DNA from: Ignavibacteriota bacterium
Lineage (GTDB): Bacteria; Bacteroidota; Ignavibacteria; Palsa-1295
Reading direction: 5' to 3'
DNA length: 64,000 nt
Assembly: GCA_963787835.1 (NCBI GenBank)
Contig: CAWBEI010000002.1
Location: 512,001-576,000 of the forward strand
In this document: piece after piece, positions 47,986-57,545 of the stretch
Numbering within the stretch: position 1 is the first letter of the stretch
How the letters are laid out: each line of letters opens with the position of its first letter
The notes under the pieces: generated by a model
Told to the model about the DNA's origin: nothing
Databases searched by the model: none
Seen by the model: the letters and a program-made list of their open reading frames with translations, nothing else
Position numbers and translations under genes: made by a program

Positions 47986-49712
47986 AGAATTCAAATACAT
48001 CTCTGAACGATCTCTTCCGCTCGGCTGGGTCCGAGGCGGAGAAGGATGTTCTCTCGCAAAGCGAAGTCGAGCGGCTGCTTCAGTCAGGCAGGCGTAGTGT
48101 ACCGGTCACACAATCCATTGGGCAGCAGCTTGCACAGCGGCTGCTTTCCACACCACTAAAAATAGGAATGACCGCCATGACTACCGCAGCATGTATTACT
48201 CTCGGACTAATCGCCTTTTGGCCGCAAACATCCTCACAGCCTGTCACTAAAACTCCCATTTCACCCAACGTGGCTTATAGTTCACCTGGGACGGATGCGG
48301 CTACACAGCATTTTGCGACACTGCCAACCAGCAAACCATCATTTGTTGTAAACCCAACAACAGTAGCCACCCTGGCGAATGCAATAATTCCCGCAACCCC
48401 CATTGTAACTGCCGACAGCCTGCAACCCGTCGAGCTTTCGCCCGACCAGCTTGCCAAGCTCGGCATTGTGCTTGAAGATAACGGAGATATTGATTTTTAT
48501 ACGAAAGTCAAGACCACAGGCGAAGTGAATAAATTCGAATTTCCTCCATCATGGGGTATGATTCTGCATCTTGGAGAAACATTCCCTGCGAATGAACTTG
48601 CCAGCATTAATATTCCGACTTATCCACCACGCCTCGTTACACAGCCTAACGGCGCAAAGCGGCTTTTCACTTTCGAAAGTTATTCTACTACGCTTACAAC
48701 TTTGGTTGGGGACCCTAAAACGAATGTACAACACTTGCGTAACGAAATAAATATCATGCCAGCGGGATATGATTCGATACAAGAGAACCCCAATGATGAG
48801 CGGGTCTTGGTCAAGATATTCAGAGACTCAAGCCTGTTAAATTTGGATTCGCTCTCTAAGATTTCGAATGCAAGTTTTAATTTGGACTCACTCTCTAAGG
48901 TTTTGAGTAAAAGTTTTAATTTGGATTCACTCTCTAAGATTTCAAGAGCAAATTTTAACTTGGACTCACTTCCTAAGTTCCCCAACGGAACAAATAATTG
49001 GAGTGCAGATATGCGCGTGTTCGTCAACCATGATCCCAATAACATTGAACATCTCGTGAATGCGATCCATACCATTGACAATGCGGACTCATTCGCTAGC
49101 AAATTAGAGCTAACGGTAGACGAGCTTCACGATTCAGCCGCCACTTCGAATATCGATGCGGATCTCCATGTTGGTAATGTTGAACAAAACCAATTTGAAA
49201 CAATTGTGAGGGCTGTAGGTAGTGCGTTGTCGGAAAAAAACATAATTCAATCCGATTCAGTGATTCGCAATAATGATTTGAATCTAAGCGATTTTTTGTC
49301 AAAATCAATTAATCTCAATCATCTCATCCCCATCCGCGTCATTAACCTAAAGAATGCGGAGCATCCAAACGAACTCATCTTCTGGTATGAGCCAACGCCG
49401 GAGCTAACGGCTGCGATGCCTGCGGCGGTGAATTCCAATCCTGTGCCGCAATCGAAACAGCTTGCGATCTCGGTCTATCCGAATCCGACACTTGGCCCTG
49501 CAACGATACACTATGAACTGGCGGATGCACCGAAAGCCTACTTCAGCGTGCGTAACCTTCTCGGCCAGGAAGTGCTGAACGGCGGCATCACCTCGGGCAC
49601 CACCGGCGATGCACAGCTCGATCTCTCGCAGCTACCGGCCGGCGTCTATCTCCTCGTAACCACCACCGACAATGGTGAGCGCGATGTGGAGCGGGTTGTG
49701 GTAACGAAATAA
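47982..49712 (+). CDS. Anti-sigma-like membrane protein with C-terminal T9SS sorting domain
   Basis: ATGA overlap with the sigma; ~60-aa hydrophilic N-terminus, one TM, Pro/Thr linker; CTD ISVYPNPT...NLLGQEV...LPAGVYLL. Confidence 0.8.
   Translation: MKNSNTSLNDLFRSAGSEAEKDVLSQSEVERLLQSGRRSVPVTQSIGQQLAQRLLSTPLKIGMTAMTTAACITLGLIAFWPQTSSQPVTKTPISPNVAYSSPGTDAATQHFATLPTSKPSFVVNPTTVATLANAIIPATPIVTADSLQPVELSPDQLAKLGIVLEDNGDIDFYTKVKTTGEVNKFEFPPSWGMILHLGETFPANELASINIPTYPPRLVTQPNGAKRLFTFESYSTTLTTLVGDPKTNVQHLRNEINIMPAGYDSIQENPNDERVLVKIFRDSSLLNLDSLSKISNASFNLDSLSKVLSKSFNLDSLSKISRANFNLDSLPKFPNGTNNWSADMRVFVNHDPNNIEHLVNAIHTIDNADSFASKLELTVDELHDSAATSNIDADLHVGNVEQNQFETIVRAVGSALSEKNIIQSDSVIRNNDLNLSDFLSKSINLNHLIPIRVINLKNAEHPNELIFWYEPTPELTAAMPAAVNSNPVPQSKQLAISVYPNPTLGPATIHYELADAPKAYFSVRNLLGQEVLNGGITSGTTGDAQLDLSQLPAGVYLLVTTTDNGERDVERVVVTK
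48837..48977 (+). repeat. 39-bp in-frame tandem repeat (~3.6 copies)
   Basis: Encodes (F/L)NLDSLSKxxxxx. Confidence 0.9.
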
Positions 49713-49722
49713 TTATTGAAAA

Positions 49723-49821
49723 CTGGATCCCCGCATTCGCGGGGATGACATTTGTAAGAATTCTTGGCGCGAAGCGGGACAACATCACATTCTTGTCATT
49801 CCCGCGAACGCGGGAATCCAG
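49723..49821. repeat. Doublet of GTCATTCCCGC...GCGGGAATCCAG palindromes
   Basis: Two inverted copies. Confidence 0.85.
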
Positions 49822-49831
49822 TAATACAAAT

Positions 49832-49866
49832 AAAAAACGAGAGGCAAGTTTGCCTCTCGTTTTTTA
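49832..49866. terminator. Bidirectional intrinsic terminator
   Basis: AAAAAACGAGAGGCAA-GT-TTGCCTCTCGTTTTTT between convergent genes. Confidence 0.85.
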
Positions 49867-49891
49867 TTTGCAGTAATTAAATCAGTTTTAA

Positions 49892-50033
49892 TGTCATCCT
49901 GAGCGTAGCAAAACTCAGTCCGGCCCAAGCGGACTGAGTTTTGCGAAGTCGAAGGATCTGTTGCGGTTATAGCAGAGATCCTTCGACTCCGTTCGTCCCT
50001 CCTTCGTCGGGCCGAACTCCGCTCAGGATGACA
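49892..50033. repeat. TGTCATCCTGAGCG-type palindromic element
   Basis: TGTCATCCTGAGCG/CGCTCAGGATGACA ends; inner GAAGGATCT/AGATCCTTC. Confidence 0.85.
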
Positions 50034-50052
50034 ACTTAAACTGATTCCTTTT

Positions 50053-50793
50053 TCAATTCGCCATCACTTCCACCTGCCCATCGAGCGAATAGGCAAGTTT
50101 GCCGCCGGCGGAAAGCAGTTCGGCTGGAATGTTTTCGGCACAACGCGAGCCTTTACCAATTCTATGCGCGTGCCGTAAGTCGTTTCCCAGTTCGTACTCC
50201 ACTAACCGTACGATCGTATGATGAATATCTTCCATCGAATCGGCCCCGTCGATCACATGAATGCGGTCGGGATGCTTTTGTGCCATCGACATATAGCCTT
50301 GCACGACATGGCTAAAAAATAAGCGGCTTTCGGATTCCATCCGGTCATCGCCCATGCCTTTGCGTCGCTGAATAGCCATTTCGATCGGCACATCGATGAG
50401 GAACGTAATGTCGGGAATCAGTCCTCCTGTGGCAAGATCGTTCACGCTGCGAATATAAGCAAGCGGCAACCCGCGTCCGTAACCCTGATAGGCGATCGTG
50501 GAATCGGTGAAGCGGTCGCAGATGACGACAGCATTGCGTTTCAGCGCCGGTTCGATCACTTGTTCGACGAGTTGTGCGCGGCTGGCGGCAAAAAGAAGTA
50601 GTTCCGCAGCATGAGAAACGGGAGCCTTATGTTTGGCGTCGAGCAATATCGATCGTATCTGCTCCGAGAGATCGGTTCCGCCTGGTTCCCTGACCAGCAC
50701 TACTTCGATCCCTTGGTCCGTCAGGCGGTCGGCAACTAATTTCGCCTGTGACGACTTTCCGCTTCCATCAATACCTTCAAATGTTATAAGCAT
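50053..50793 (-). CDS. tmk: Thymidylate kinase with C-terminal extension
   Basis: ITFEGIDGSGKSSQ, REPGG, DRFTDSTIAYQGYGR. Confidence 0.96.
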   Translation of the reverse strand: MLITFEGIDGSGKSSQAKLVADRLTDQGIEVVLVREPGGTDLSEQIRSILLDAKHKAPVSHAAELLLFAASRAQLVEQVIEPALKRNAVVICDRFTDSTIAYQGYGRGLPLAYIRSVNDLATGGLIPDITFLIDVPIEMAIQRRKGMGDDRMESESRLFFSHVVQGYMSMAQKHPDRIHVIDGADSMEDIHHTIVRLVEYELGNDLRHAHRIGKGSRCAENIPAELLSAGGKLAYSLDGQVEVMAN

Positions 50794-51026
50794 ATTATTT
50801 CCTTCCCTAACGCAAGGAGCGCGCATCATGGGTGATGCTCGGCGAAGAAGGAAACGAGTACCCACGCAGCAAGTGAATAGCACTGCTGCCCATTCACTCG
50901 TCACCGCCTACCCGTTGCTTGCCTCACGATATTCGTTGTTACGATATTCGTTTTTAAAACGATGATTCGTTGTTTAGTGAGAATCTACGTATTTAAGAAC
51001 GACGTTTGCCCGTCATTCACTTCCAC

Positions 51027-51054
51027 AATATAGCAATTATTTTGCCAAAGTCAA
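51027..51054 (-). promoter_or_regulatory. Sigma70-type promoter upstream of tmk
   Basis: TTGACT-N16-TATATT with TG extended -10. Confidence 0.6.
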
Positions 51055-51153
51055 GCGCAAGCAAAAAGTTGAAGACCCGATAACCCTAATATTGCCTGTT
51101 GAAACAAATATCTAGCTCGTTCGTTTTTCCTTTACTAACTTAGAAATATTATT

Positions 51154-52032
51154 ATGGATATACTCACACAGACTCATACCAGAGAATTAGATCGCATCGT
51201 TAATGGCGAGATCACCATTGAAGGCGGCGGATTTCAGGTGCGCCGGCCCTTCCCGACGCGATCACTCGATCATGTCGATCCGTTCTTGCTGCTCGATGAA
51301 GCTGGGCCGATCCAACACAACCCCGGTGACGAAGATGGTCTCCCCGACCACCCCCACCGCGGCTTCGAGACGCTTACCTATATCCTCGAAGGCGAAACCC
51401 GCAGCCACGATTCTACCGGCTTCGCGGAAGACTTTTACGCCGGCGATGTCGAATGGACGACCGCCGGACGTGGCATCATCCACGGTGGCGGCCCGACCGA
51501 GTACACCAGCACGCATGGCGGCTCCATGCGCGGATTCCAGCTTTGGGTGAATCTTCCGGCAGCAAAGAAGATGATCCCGCCGCAATCGCTGCGCATTAAG
51601 GCAGAGTCTATTCCAGTCATTCAGGATGCGGAAAGCGGCTATGCCCTGAAAGTTCTTGGCGGCGATGCCGCTGGCCTGCGCGGGCCGATCAATACCACCT
51701 GGCCCATTCTTTATTTGCATTATGCAATTCAACCCGGCGGCCATGCATTGCTCGATGTACCGGCAGGGCAGAATATTATGCTTTATGTATTTCGCGGAGG
51801 TATTAGCGTCGGCAAAGATGCCTCGCAACTAAAAGCAGGCCAATTGGGAATTCTTTCCGATGGCGATCAACTTGCCATCGCGAATACGTTGGATGATGTT
51901 GCCGAACTCATCGTGCTCGGCGCAGAGCCGATCAATGAGCCCGTCGCGCGCTACGGCCCGTTCGTGATGAACACCCGCGACGAGGTCTTCCAGGCCTTCG
52001 ATGATTATAATGCGGGGAAGTTCGGATTGTAA
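51154..52032 (+). CDS. Pirin family protein
   Basis: DPFLLLD, HPHRGFET, TAGRGIIH, FQLWVNLP, GPFVMNT. Confidence 0.95.
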   Translation: MDILTQTHTRELDRIVNGEITIEGGGFQVRRPFPTRSLDHVDPFLLLDEAGPIQHNPGDEDGLPDHPHRGFETLTYILEGETRSHDSTGFAEDFYAGDVEWTTAGRGIIHGGGPTEYTSTHGGSMRGFQLWVNLPAAKKMIPPQSLRIKAESIPVIQDAESGYALKVLGGDAAGLRGPINTTWPILYLHYAIQPGGHALLDVPAGQNIMLYVFRGGISVGKDASQLKAGQLGILSDGDQLAIANTLDDVAELIVLGAEPINEPVARYGPFVMNTRDEVFQAFDDYNAGKFGL

Positions 52033-52035
52033 TTC

Positions 52036-52110
52036 GTAGGCGTACCCTTTAGGGTACGGCGAAATTAGAATATTAGAGCATATTCGCCGTGACTTAAAAG
52101 TCACGGCTAC
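52036..52110. repeat. GTAG-type REP doublet
   Basis: Same family as 14061-14124. Confidence 0.8.
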
Positions 52111-52140
52111 AAAAAAGGGCAGGCTAATCGCCTGCCCTTT
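52111..52140. terminator. Intrinsic terminator-like hairpin
   Basis: AAAGGGCAGGC-TAATC-GCCTGCCCTTT. Confidence 0.65.
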
Positions 52141-52228
52141 CGTAAACTGAAGTTTGCGCTACATTTCTGTACTTCGTATTGAAACTGAGGTGAGACGAAC
52201 TGGGCAGAACAAGCGTTCTCTGTCTGTC

Positions 52229-52615
52229 ATGCAAGAGACTACTATTACACACGATACTCCATCGATCCTCAATGCGAGCGTCGTGAACGATACCTTGATA
52301 GAGAGCATTACACAGCGAATCGTCGAGGCGATACATCCAGAACGCGTGATCCTTTTTGGCAGCCATGCGCGGGGGGATTCTCAGTCCGATAGCGATCTTG
52401 ATGTCTTCGTTGAATGGGAAACCGCAGAAAGCAGGCTCGACCGGTATATGAAGGTGCTCAGCCTCTTTCACGGACGCCACTGGTCGATGGATCTGATTGT
52501 GATGACACCTAAAGAGGTTGAGGATCGGAGGAATTCGCGGCATTCGATTGTGCCCATCATCGAACGAGAAGGTAAAGTGCTTTTTGACCGATCGAAGGCG
52601 ATCTCTAATGCGTGA
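52229..52615 (+). CDS. Minimal nucleotidyltransferase (MNT antitoxin)
   Basis: ILFGSHARGD...SDLDVFV. Confidence 0.9.
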   Translation: MQETTITHDTPSILNASVVNDTLIESITQRIVEAIHPERVILFGSHARGDSQSDSDLDVFVEWETAESRLDRYMKVLSLFHGRHWSMDLIVMTPKEVEDRRNSRHSIVPIIEREGKVLFDRSKAISNA

Positions 52616-52982
52616 TCACGAATACTGGTTGCGAATCGCTGAAGAAGATCGGACTGCGATTCAACATCTTTCCGCAAGTAATGGGCCGTGGCGCATCGTA
52701 GTATTTCTCGCTCAATCTGCAGCAGAGAAATATCTGAAGGCGTTTCTTACATTCTTCGACGCCAACCCAGAACGGACGCACGATATGAATAAATTACTTG
52801 CAGAGTGCCAGGCGTTCGATCCAGAACTCCGTGAGTTCGAAACAGACTGCGCGCATTTGTCACTCTTCTCGGTCGATTCGAGATACCCGGTTTACGAAGG
52901 GGATTATGACGAGGATTCCGCAATGTTAGCCGTCGCAGCATCGGAACGAATTTGTGACGCCATTCGAACGCGGATTCGATGA
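52608..52982 (+). CDS. HEPN domain protein
   Basis: AEKYLKAFL, THD, RYP; overlaps the MNT gene. Confidence 0.9.
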   Translation: MRDHEYWLRIAEEDRTAIQHLSASNGPWRIVVFLAQSAAEKYLKAFLTFFDANPERTHDMNKLLAECQAFDPELREFETDCAHLSLFSVDSRYPVYEGDYDEDSAMLAVAASERICDAIRTRIR

Positions 52983-52990
52983 TACAAAAT

Positions 52991-53018
52991 AAAAAAGGGG
53001 CCGATAGCAGCCCCTTTT
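52991..53018. terminator. Bidirectional intrinsic terminator
   Basis: AAAAAGGGGC...GCCCCTTTT between convergent genes. Confidence 0.75.
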
Positions 53019-53040
53019 GATCATATAGAAAAACGTTTCA

Positions 53041-55017
53041 TTACTGCCCGTTCTTCTCGATGGTAAACTCCACGCGGCGGTTAAGCTGGCGGCCTTCCGG
53101 CAGCGAGTTCGGGAACTTCGGATCGTTGACGCCATGGCCCTGCGCGGTAACGTTCGCCGGCAGCGAAGTCATCATGCGAAGCGCTGAGATCGCTCCGTTG
53201 GCGCGTGCTTCCGAGAGCGTTTGGTTGTATTCCCGCGTTCCGGTGGAATCGCAATAGCCATCGATCCTCACGCCCGTCGCACCTGCACTGATGCTTTCGC
53301 TGATGAGTTCCAGCATCTGCCGCGCACGCGGGTTGATGTCTGCTCGGTCAAAGTCGAACGAGAGCATCGCGTATTTTTCGAGATTATTCCGATCGACCGT
53401 TTTTGCTTTGATCTGGGTAAACCCATCGGCATGACCGGTCTGCCCTTTATCATCCGTGACGGTCAGCGTATAATGAACCGGCTGGTTGAGATACTGCTGT
53501 GCGTTCGGGATATCCTCGGTGGTCGTTGAGGGTGGCGCTCCGGTTCCCGAAAGCGGAGGCGCAACTTGTTCACCATCTTTATCGAGTGTGATCGTCCAGC
53601 TCTTGTAATTTCGATTCGATGGATCCGGTGTGATCGTCACATTATATTGCACCGTCGTCGCGCCGACACTGAGATTCTGCCGGTTTTCGATCTTGACCGG
53701 AGCCGTCAGCCCTGGATCGTTCGAGGTGATCTCCACACGGCGATTTTCCGACATACCGGCTTTTGTAACAGGGTTCGTCGGGATCTCCGGCAGGTTGCGC
53801 TGATCGATCGTAATACGGTTCGGGCTAATGCCCCAGGTGTTTTCCAGATAATTAGCGACCGCAGTGGCACGCGCTTTCGAAAGTTCAATATTGTTCTTTT
53901 CCTCTTTCGAGTTGGAATTACAGCCGGTAACCTTGATGGTCATATTTGGATTATTTTTCATACGCGATCCAAATACATCCAGCGCTTCGTGGTTTACTTC
54001 GAGCGCATTTTTTCCATTGAGCGCCGATTGCTCGCTAAACCCCGTCGCGCCACTCTGGCCGTATCTCGATGGAATAACGGCCGAACCTTCATCAAAGAAA
54101 ATGTAAGGCAACAGCGGCATCGAAGAGCGATTATGCAGCGCCTGTTGCGGCGATACGAGATCGTTCGTTGGCGAGCCATCCGGCATCACGCCGTGCGCGG
54201 TGATCGTTGCAGAGATCGGCTCAGGCGGCGGTGGGGGTGGTGGAGGGCCGGCAAGCGCGAACTTCAAACTTACGCCAAGGGAGATCGTAGAAGGATCCAC
54301 AACGAAGCCATCATTGCTGGCATAATTCCCAAGCGGATAATTAAAGAACGCCTCCGGACTCAGCCAGATCGTGTTGTCTGCATTCATGGGGATGTCATAT
54401 CCTGCTCCCACTTTTATCCCGGCAAGGAATTTGGAATAACTGGGAAGGTTCCCTTTCACAGATCCATTCGTGTAGGAAAGTGCCTGGATCGGAGTAGAAA
54501 GATTGAACCCTCCCATGACATGAAAATTGCTGAACGAATACTTTGCGAGCAGATCCGCGCCAATATCTGCTATGGAAAGTAACAGTAACTCGTTCGACAC
54601 GGTTGGCCCCGGTGTCGGCGTCGATTGCTGATTCCAGCTTAAGCTCCTATTGTTGTAAGCGATTCGCGGTACGAACATCCAGTTCGTCGCGAATGGAATT
54701 TCAGCAAGGATATGGAACTCCGGATTGATCTGAGTCGAACCGGTGGTATATCCATAGTGAGAATATAACGGATCGCCAACCGAGTCGCCGGTACCGGCTG
54801 TGCCGGAGAGCTGCGAATTGATGTTCAACGCCCCGCCGAAACCGAGCGTAAGCGTATGGGGCCACGTGACATTCGTGCCATCCGACGACGTTCCGCCCGT
54901 TTGCGCACACGCATTCCGTGTGGAGAAAAAAACGGTGAAGAACGCGAGCGCTACGATAGACGAAGCAAGGCGCGACGTCCAGCGGCGAGGGATAATACGA
55001 AGTCTATAAGGTTCCAT
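53041..55017 (-). CDS. OmpA-family protein: beta-barrel, poly-Pro linker, two OmpA-like domains
   Basis: LSKARA..V...NRRVEI and LSEARA...NRRVEF. Confidence 0.9.
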   Translation of the reverse strand: MEPYRLRIIPRRWTSRLASSIVALAFFTVFFSTRNACAQTGGTSSDGTNVTWPHTLTLGFGGALNINSQLSGTAGTGDSVGDPLYSHYGYTTGSTQINPEFHILAEIPFATNWMFVPRIAYNNRSLSWNQQSTPTPGPTVSNELLLLSIADIGADLLAKYSFSNFHVMGGFNLSTPIQALSYTNGSVKGNLPSYSKFLAGIKVGAGYDIPMNADNTIWLSPEAFFNYPLGNYASNDGFVVDPSTISLGVSLKFALAGPPPPPPPPEPISATITAHGVMPDGSPTNDLVSPQQALHNRSSMPLLPYIFFDEGSAVIPSRYGQSGATGFSEQSALNGKNALEVNHEALDVFGSRMKNNPNMTIKVTGCNSNSKEEKNNIELSKARATAVANYLENTWGISPNRITIDQRNLPEIPTNPVTKAGMSENRRVEITSNDPGLTAPVKIENRQNLSVGATTVQYNVTITPDPSNRNYKSWTITLDKDGEQVAPPLSGTGAPPSTTTEDIPNAQQYLNQPVHYTLTVTDDKGQTGHADGFTQIKAKTVDRNNLEKYAMLSFDFDRADINPRARQMLELISESISAGATGVRIDGYCDSTGTREYNQTLSEARANGAISALRMMTSLPANVTAQGHGVNDPKFPNSLPEGRQLNRRVEFTIEKNGQ

Positions 55018-55942
55018 ACTGCTTAGGTCCTGCGATTAGTTATATGAAAACCCAGCGGACGATCCTCGGAAGCGTCGAACCTCTTCATTCAAGAGGCTCG
55101 ATGCAACTCCTATTTTGCCACAGCCCCCAAAAGCAGGGTGCGCAAAAAATGCCCGATGAGTGTAAATTATCAAAATCTTGTTTCAAGCAATCGGCGCCCG
55201 AACATCGGTGATCGATGTAAAGCGCGGTTAAAATGAAGGCCATCCATTGAAGGATCGGATTGAGATCATACTCCATATTTTTTCAAAACATGGGAAGTAG
55301 AATCGAAGCATCCGATCGCGTAACGATCACGATCGAAATTGCATAATGCCATTCCAACCGCCGCGCGAAGGATGGGCAACGCGAAATCGCACACTTGCCA
55401 TAGGGACTTATCTCTACGAATAGTATCAGAAACTGTTTCTTGATAATGCATCCGGCTTTAATGAACAAATACTCAAGTATAAGGGTCACATGAGCGAGCG
55501 ACTACCGGAATGGAACTATAATTCTCGAGGCTACCCATCGAAGATCATCATTCATCCCACGAAGTAAGGATCTAGCGCGTCCGATTCCATCTGCTGGATC
55601 ACGCTCGGACATCTTCTGAAAAAAACCCTTTTCCAACACTGTACAATAGCTGTACAAAGATGAAAATATTGTCTCAAAATGAGACGCGATCAAATTGGGT
55701 GTCTTGAAATAAGAATGCTTCGATTTTTATTGTCCCGTTCTGGTACAGGTGTGTTTTTTTGAGACGAAAAAAAAGTGAAAATATTACGATTCTAGCCGAT
55801 TTCCGCCAATTTCGTGAATTACTCTACCGAGGTTTTCGTCTAATTGTGTGAAGAAATAAAATTGATTTCGCGTGATCATTTTAAGCCCAGATCACCATAC
55901 TTGAAGTGAGAATTATAGTGAAGTATTGCAGCAAATAATCCG

Positions 55943-56521
55943 ATGAAGATCCTTCTATCATTATTAGCCATATCGATGGTTCTCGCAGGACGAGCGGGAG
56001 CCCAGACTTCGGCTGATAATCATCCTGGGAACCTTGCCTCCCTTGGTGGATTGCCATCGTATATCTCGACCGTTGAGGACCCAAGCGGCATCAACGCTCC
56101 GAAGATCGATGCTAGATCTTCGGCGATCCCATCGGAATCGAAAACCTATAAAAGAGGCATTATCCCCGATAGTTTGGTACAGGCTACCGAACGGCTTGTT
56201 TCCAATCAATCCAATGGCTCTACCGAATTGCTGCGTTCCGGGAAAGTCCTGGACCTTAGCACAACGATGAGCGGAGGAAGTGGCCTTTTTGACAGGGAGT
56301 CGATCAACGTTCATGTGGCCTATAATGCTCGCCCGGTGGGCGGCATTCTGAACATCCGTGTAGAACTCGTGCCCGTCTTCGGAGGAATCGGTTCAGCGGT
56401 GCGCCCGACGATAAGCCGGGATTTTGCCCAGGCCGTCGATGATTTTGATGATGATTTCATTACCCAGACGATCCTGAAACTTACGGTCGATCTGGCTTCG
56501 GAGTTGGGTACCAACCAGTAA
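55943..56521 (+). CDS. Hypothetical exported protein
   Basis: Signal peptide ending AGA-Q; 192 aa. Confidence 0.65.
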   Translation: MKILLSLLAISMVLAGRAGAQTSADNHPGNLASLGGLPSYISTVEDPSGINAPKIDARSSAIPSESKTYKRGIIPDSLVQATERLVSNQSNGSTELLRSGKVLDLSTTMSGGSGLFDRESINVHVAYNARPVGGILNIRVELVPVFGGIGSAVRPTISRDFAQAVDDFDDDFITQTILKLTVDLASELGTNQ

Positions 56522-56751
56522 GTGTTAGATATCTTTCCGGTCTTTGAGATAGACATCGCAGTAATAAATTAAAATGCGCCTGGAAATCCAGGCGTTTTTT
56601 TCGCCCAAGATCGATACCGCAGGTCTCGCGTTCGTTCAGTACTTTTGGAAATCGCATTCGAACGAAATCGAAACAAGGAAACAATTCGACGGTCTCTTTG
56701 GTAGTGTTGCTGACAAAAGTAAGAATACCAGTGCACTTAAAGAGACTCACG

Positions 56752-57543
56752 ATGAAGAGCCCACGATATCTCCGGTCGGTAACGCACGCGCTGCTTGTAG
56801 TTCTGTCTATTGTTAGTTTTTCAACAACCAGTCTCTCGCAAACTCGAAAGGATTTCCTCCAGCCTGGCGAAGAACTTGTCTATAAGGTAAAGTATGGCTT
56901 TGTCAAGCTCGGCACTGTCGTCATGCAGACCGGCAACGTTTCCTCCGATGGCCTGGTCAGCACGCACCTGCATTTCTGGACCGCCGATATTCCGTTCCTG
57001 AATGCCAAAACGACGGATAACGAGCAGTACTATGCGGACGATCTTTGCGTGCGTTCCTTCGAGGAACATAGCATCAATGGAGATGATAAATTAGATGTGT
57101 TCTCCACCTACGACCGTGCAACAAAAACGCTTCAGTATGCCGATGACAAGCGGAAGAACGTGATCAAGCAAAATGTCGAGCCGTATGACGATGCGCTCGG
57201 CGTGCTGTTTAACATGCGAGCCTGGAGCGGAGCAGCAGGGCACAAATACATCTTCCTCATTCACGAGGTTACTGACGTAAAACCTATTACCGTCGATTTT
57301 TCGAATGAAATATCAGAAGAGGAAGTACCGGCGTTGAATGATAAAAAAGTTCGAACCCGTGTGCTGCACGGAACCATGGATTTAGGCGGTTCCGCGCCGC
57401 TCGGCGCCGATGGCTCCTTCACCGCGTATGTTTCCGATGACAATGCGGCGGTGCCGGTGCGAATCGAAATGAAGATCGCGATCGGCTCCATCACGCTCTC
57501 ACTCGATAAGATCAAACGCACCGGCTGGGTAGCGGAGAAATAA
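56752..57543 (+). CDS. DUF3108 family exported protein
   Basis: GEELVYKVKYGFVKLG, SDD..AVPVRI....IGSI. Confidence 0.8.
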   Translation: MKSPRYLRSVTHALLVVLSIVSFSTTSLSQTRKDFLQPGEELVYKVKYGFVKLGTVVMQTGNVSSDGLVSTHLHFWTADIPFLNAKTTDNEQYYADDLCVRSFEEHSINGDDKLDVFSTYDRATKTLQYADDKRKNVIKQNVEPYDDALGVLFNMRAWSGAAGHKYIFLIHEVTDVKPITVDFSNEISEEEVPALNDKKVRTRVLHGTMDLGGSAPLGADGSFTAYVSDDNAAVPVRIEMKIAIGSITLSLDKIKRTGWVAEK

Positions 57544-57545
57544 TT

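Noticed and set aside
48837-48977. 39-bp periodic repeat as a CRISPR or TIGR-like array
   Set aside because: In frame within a CDS, variation in the conserved part is mostly synonymous, variable parts are only ~14 nt, and no cas-like genes are nearby
51021-51036. NrdR box upstream of tmk
   Set aside because: Only a half match; better explained as the -10 element on the minus strand
55370-55410. c-di-GMP-I riboswitch or sigma54 promoter
   Set aside because: Lacks the GCAAA/P2 architecture, and no GG-N10-GC spacing was found at the candidate sites checked
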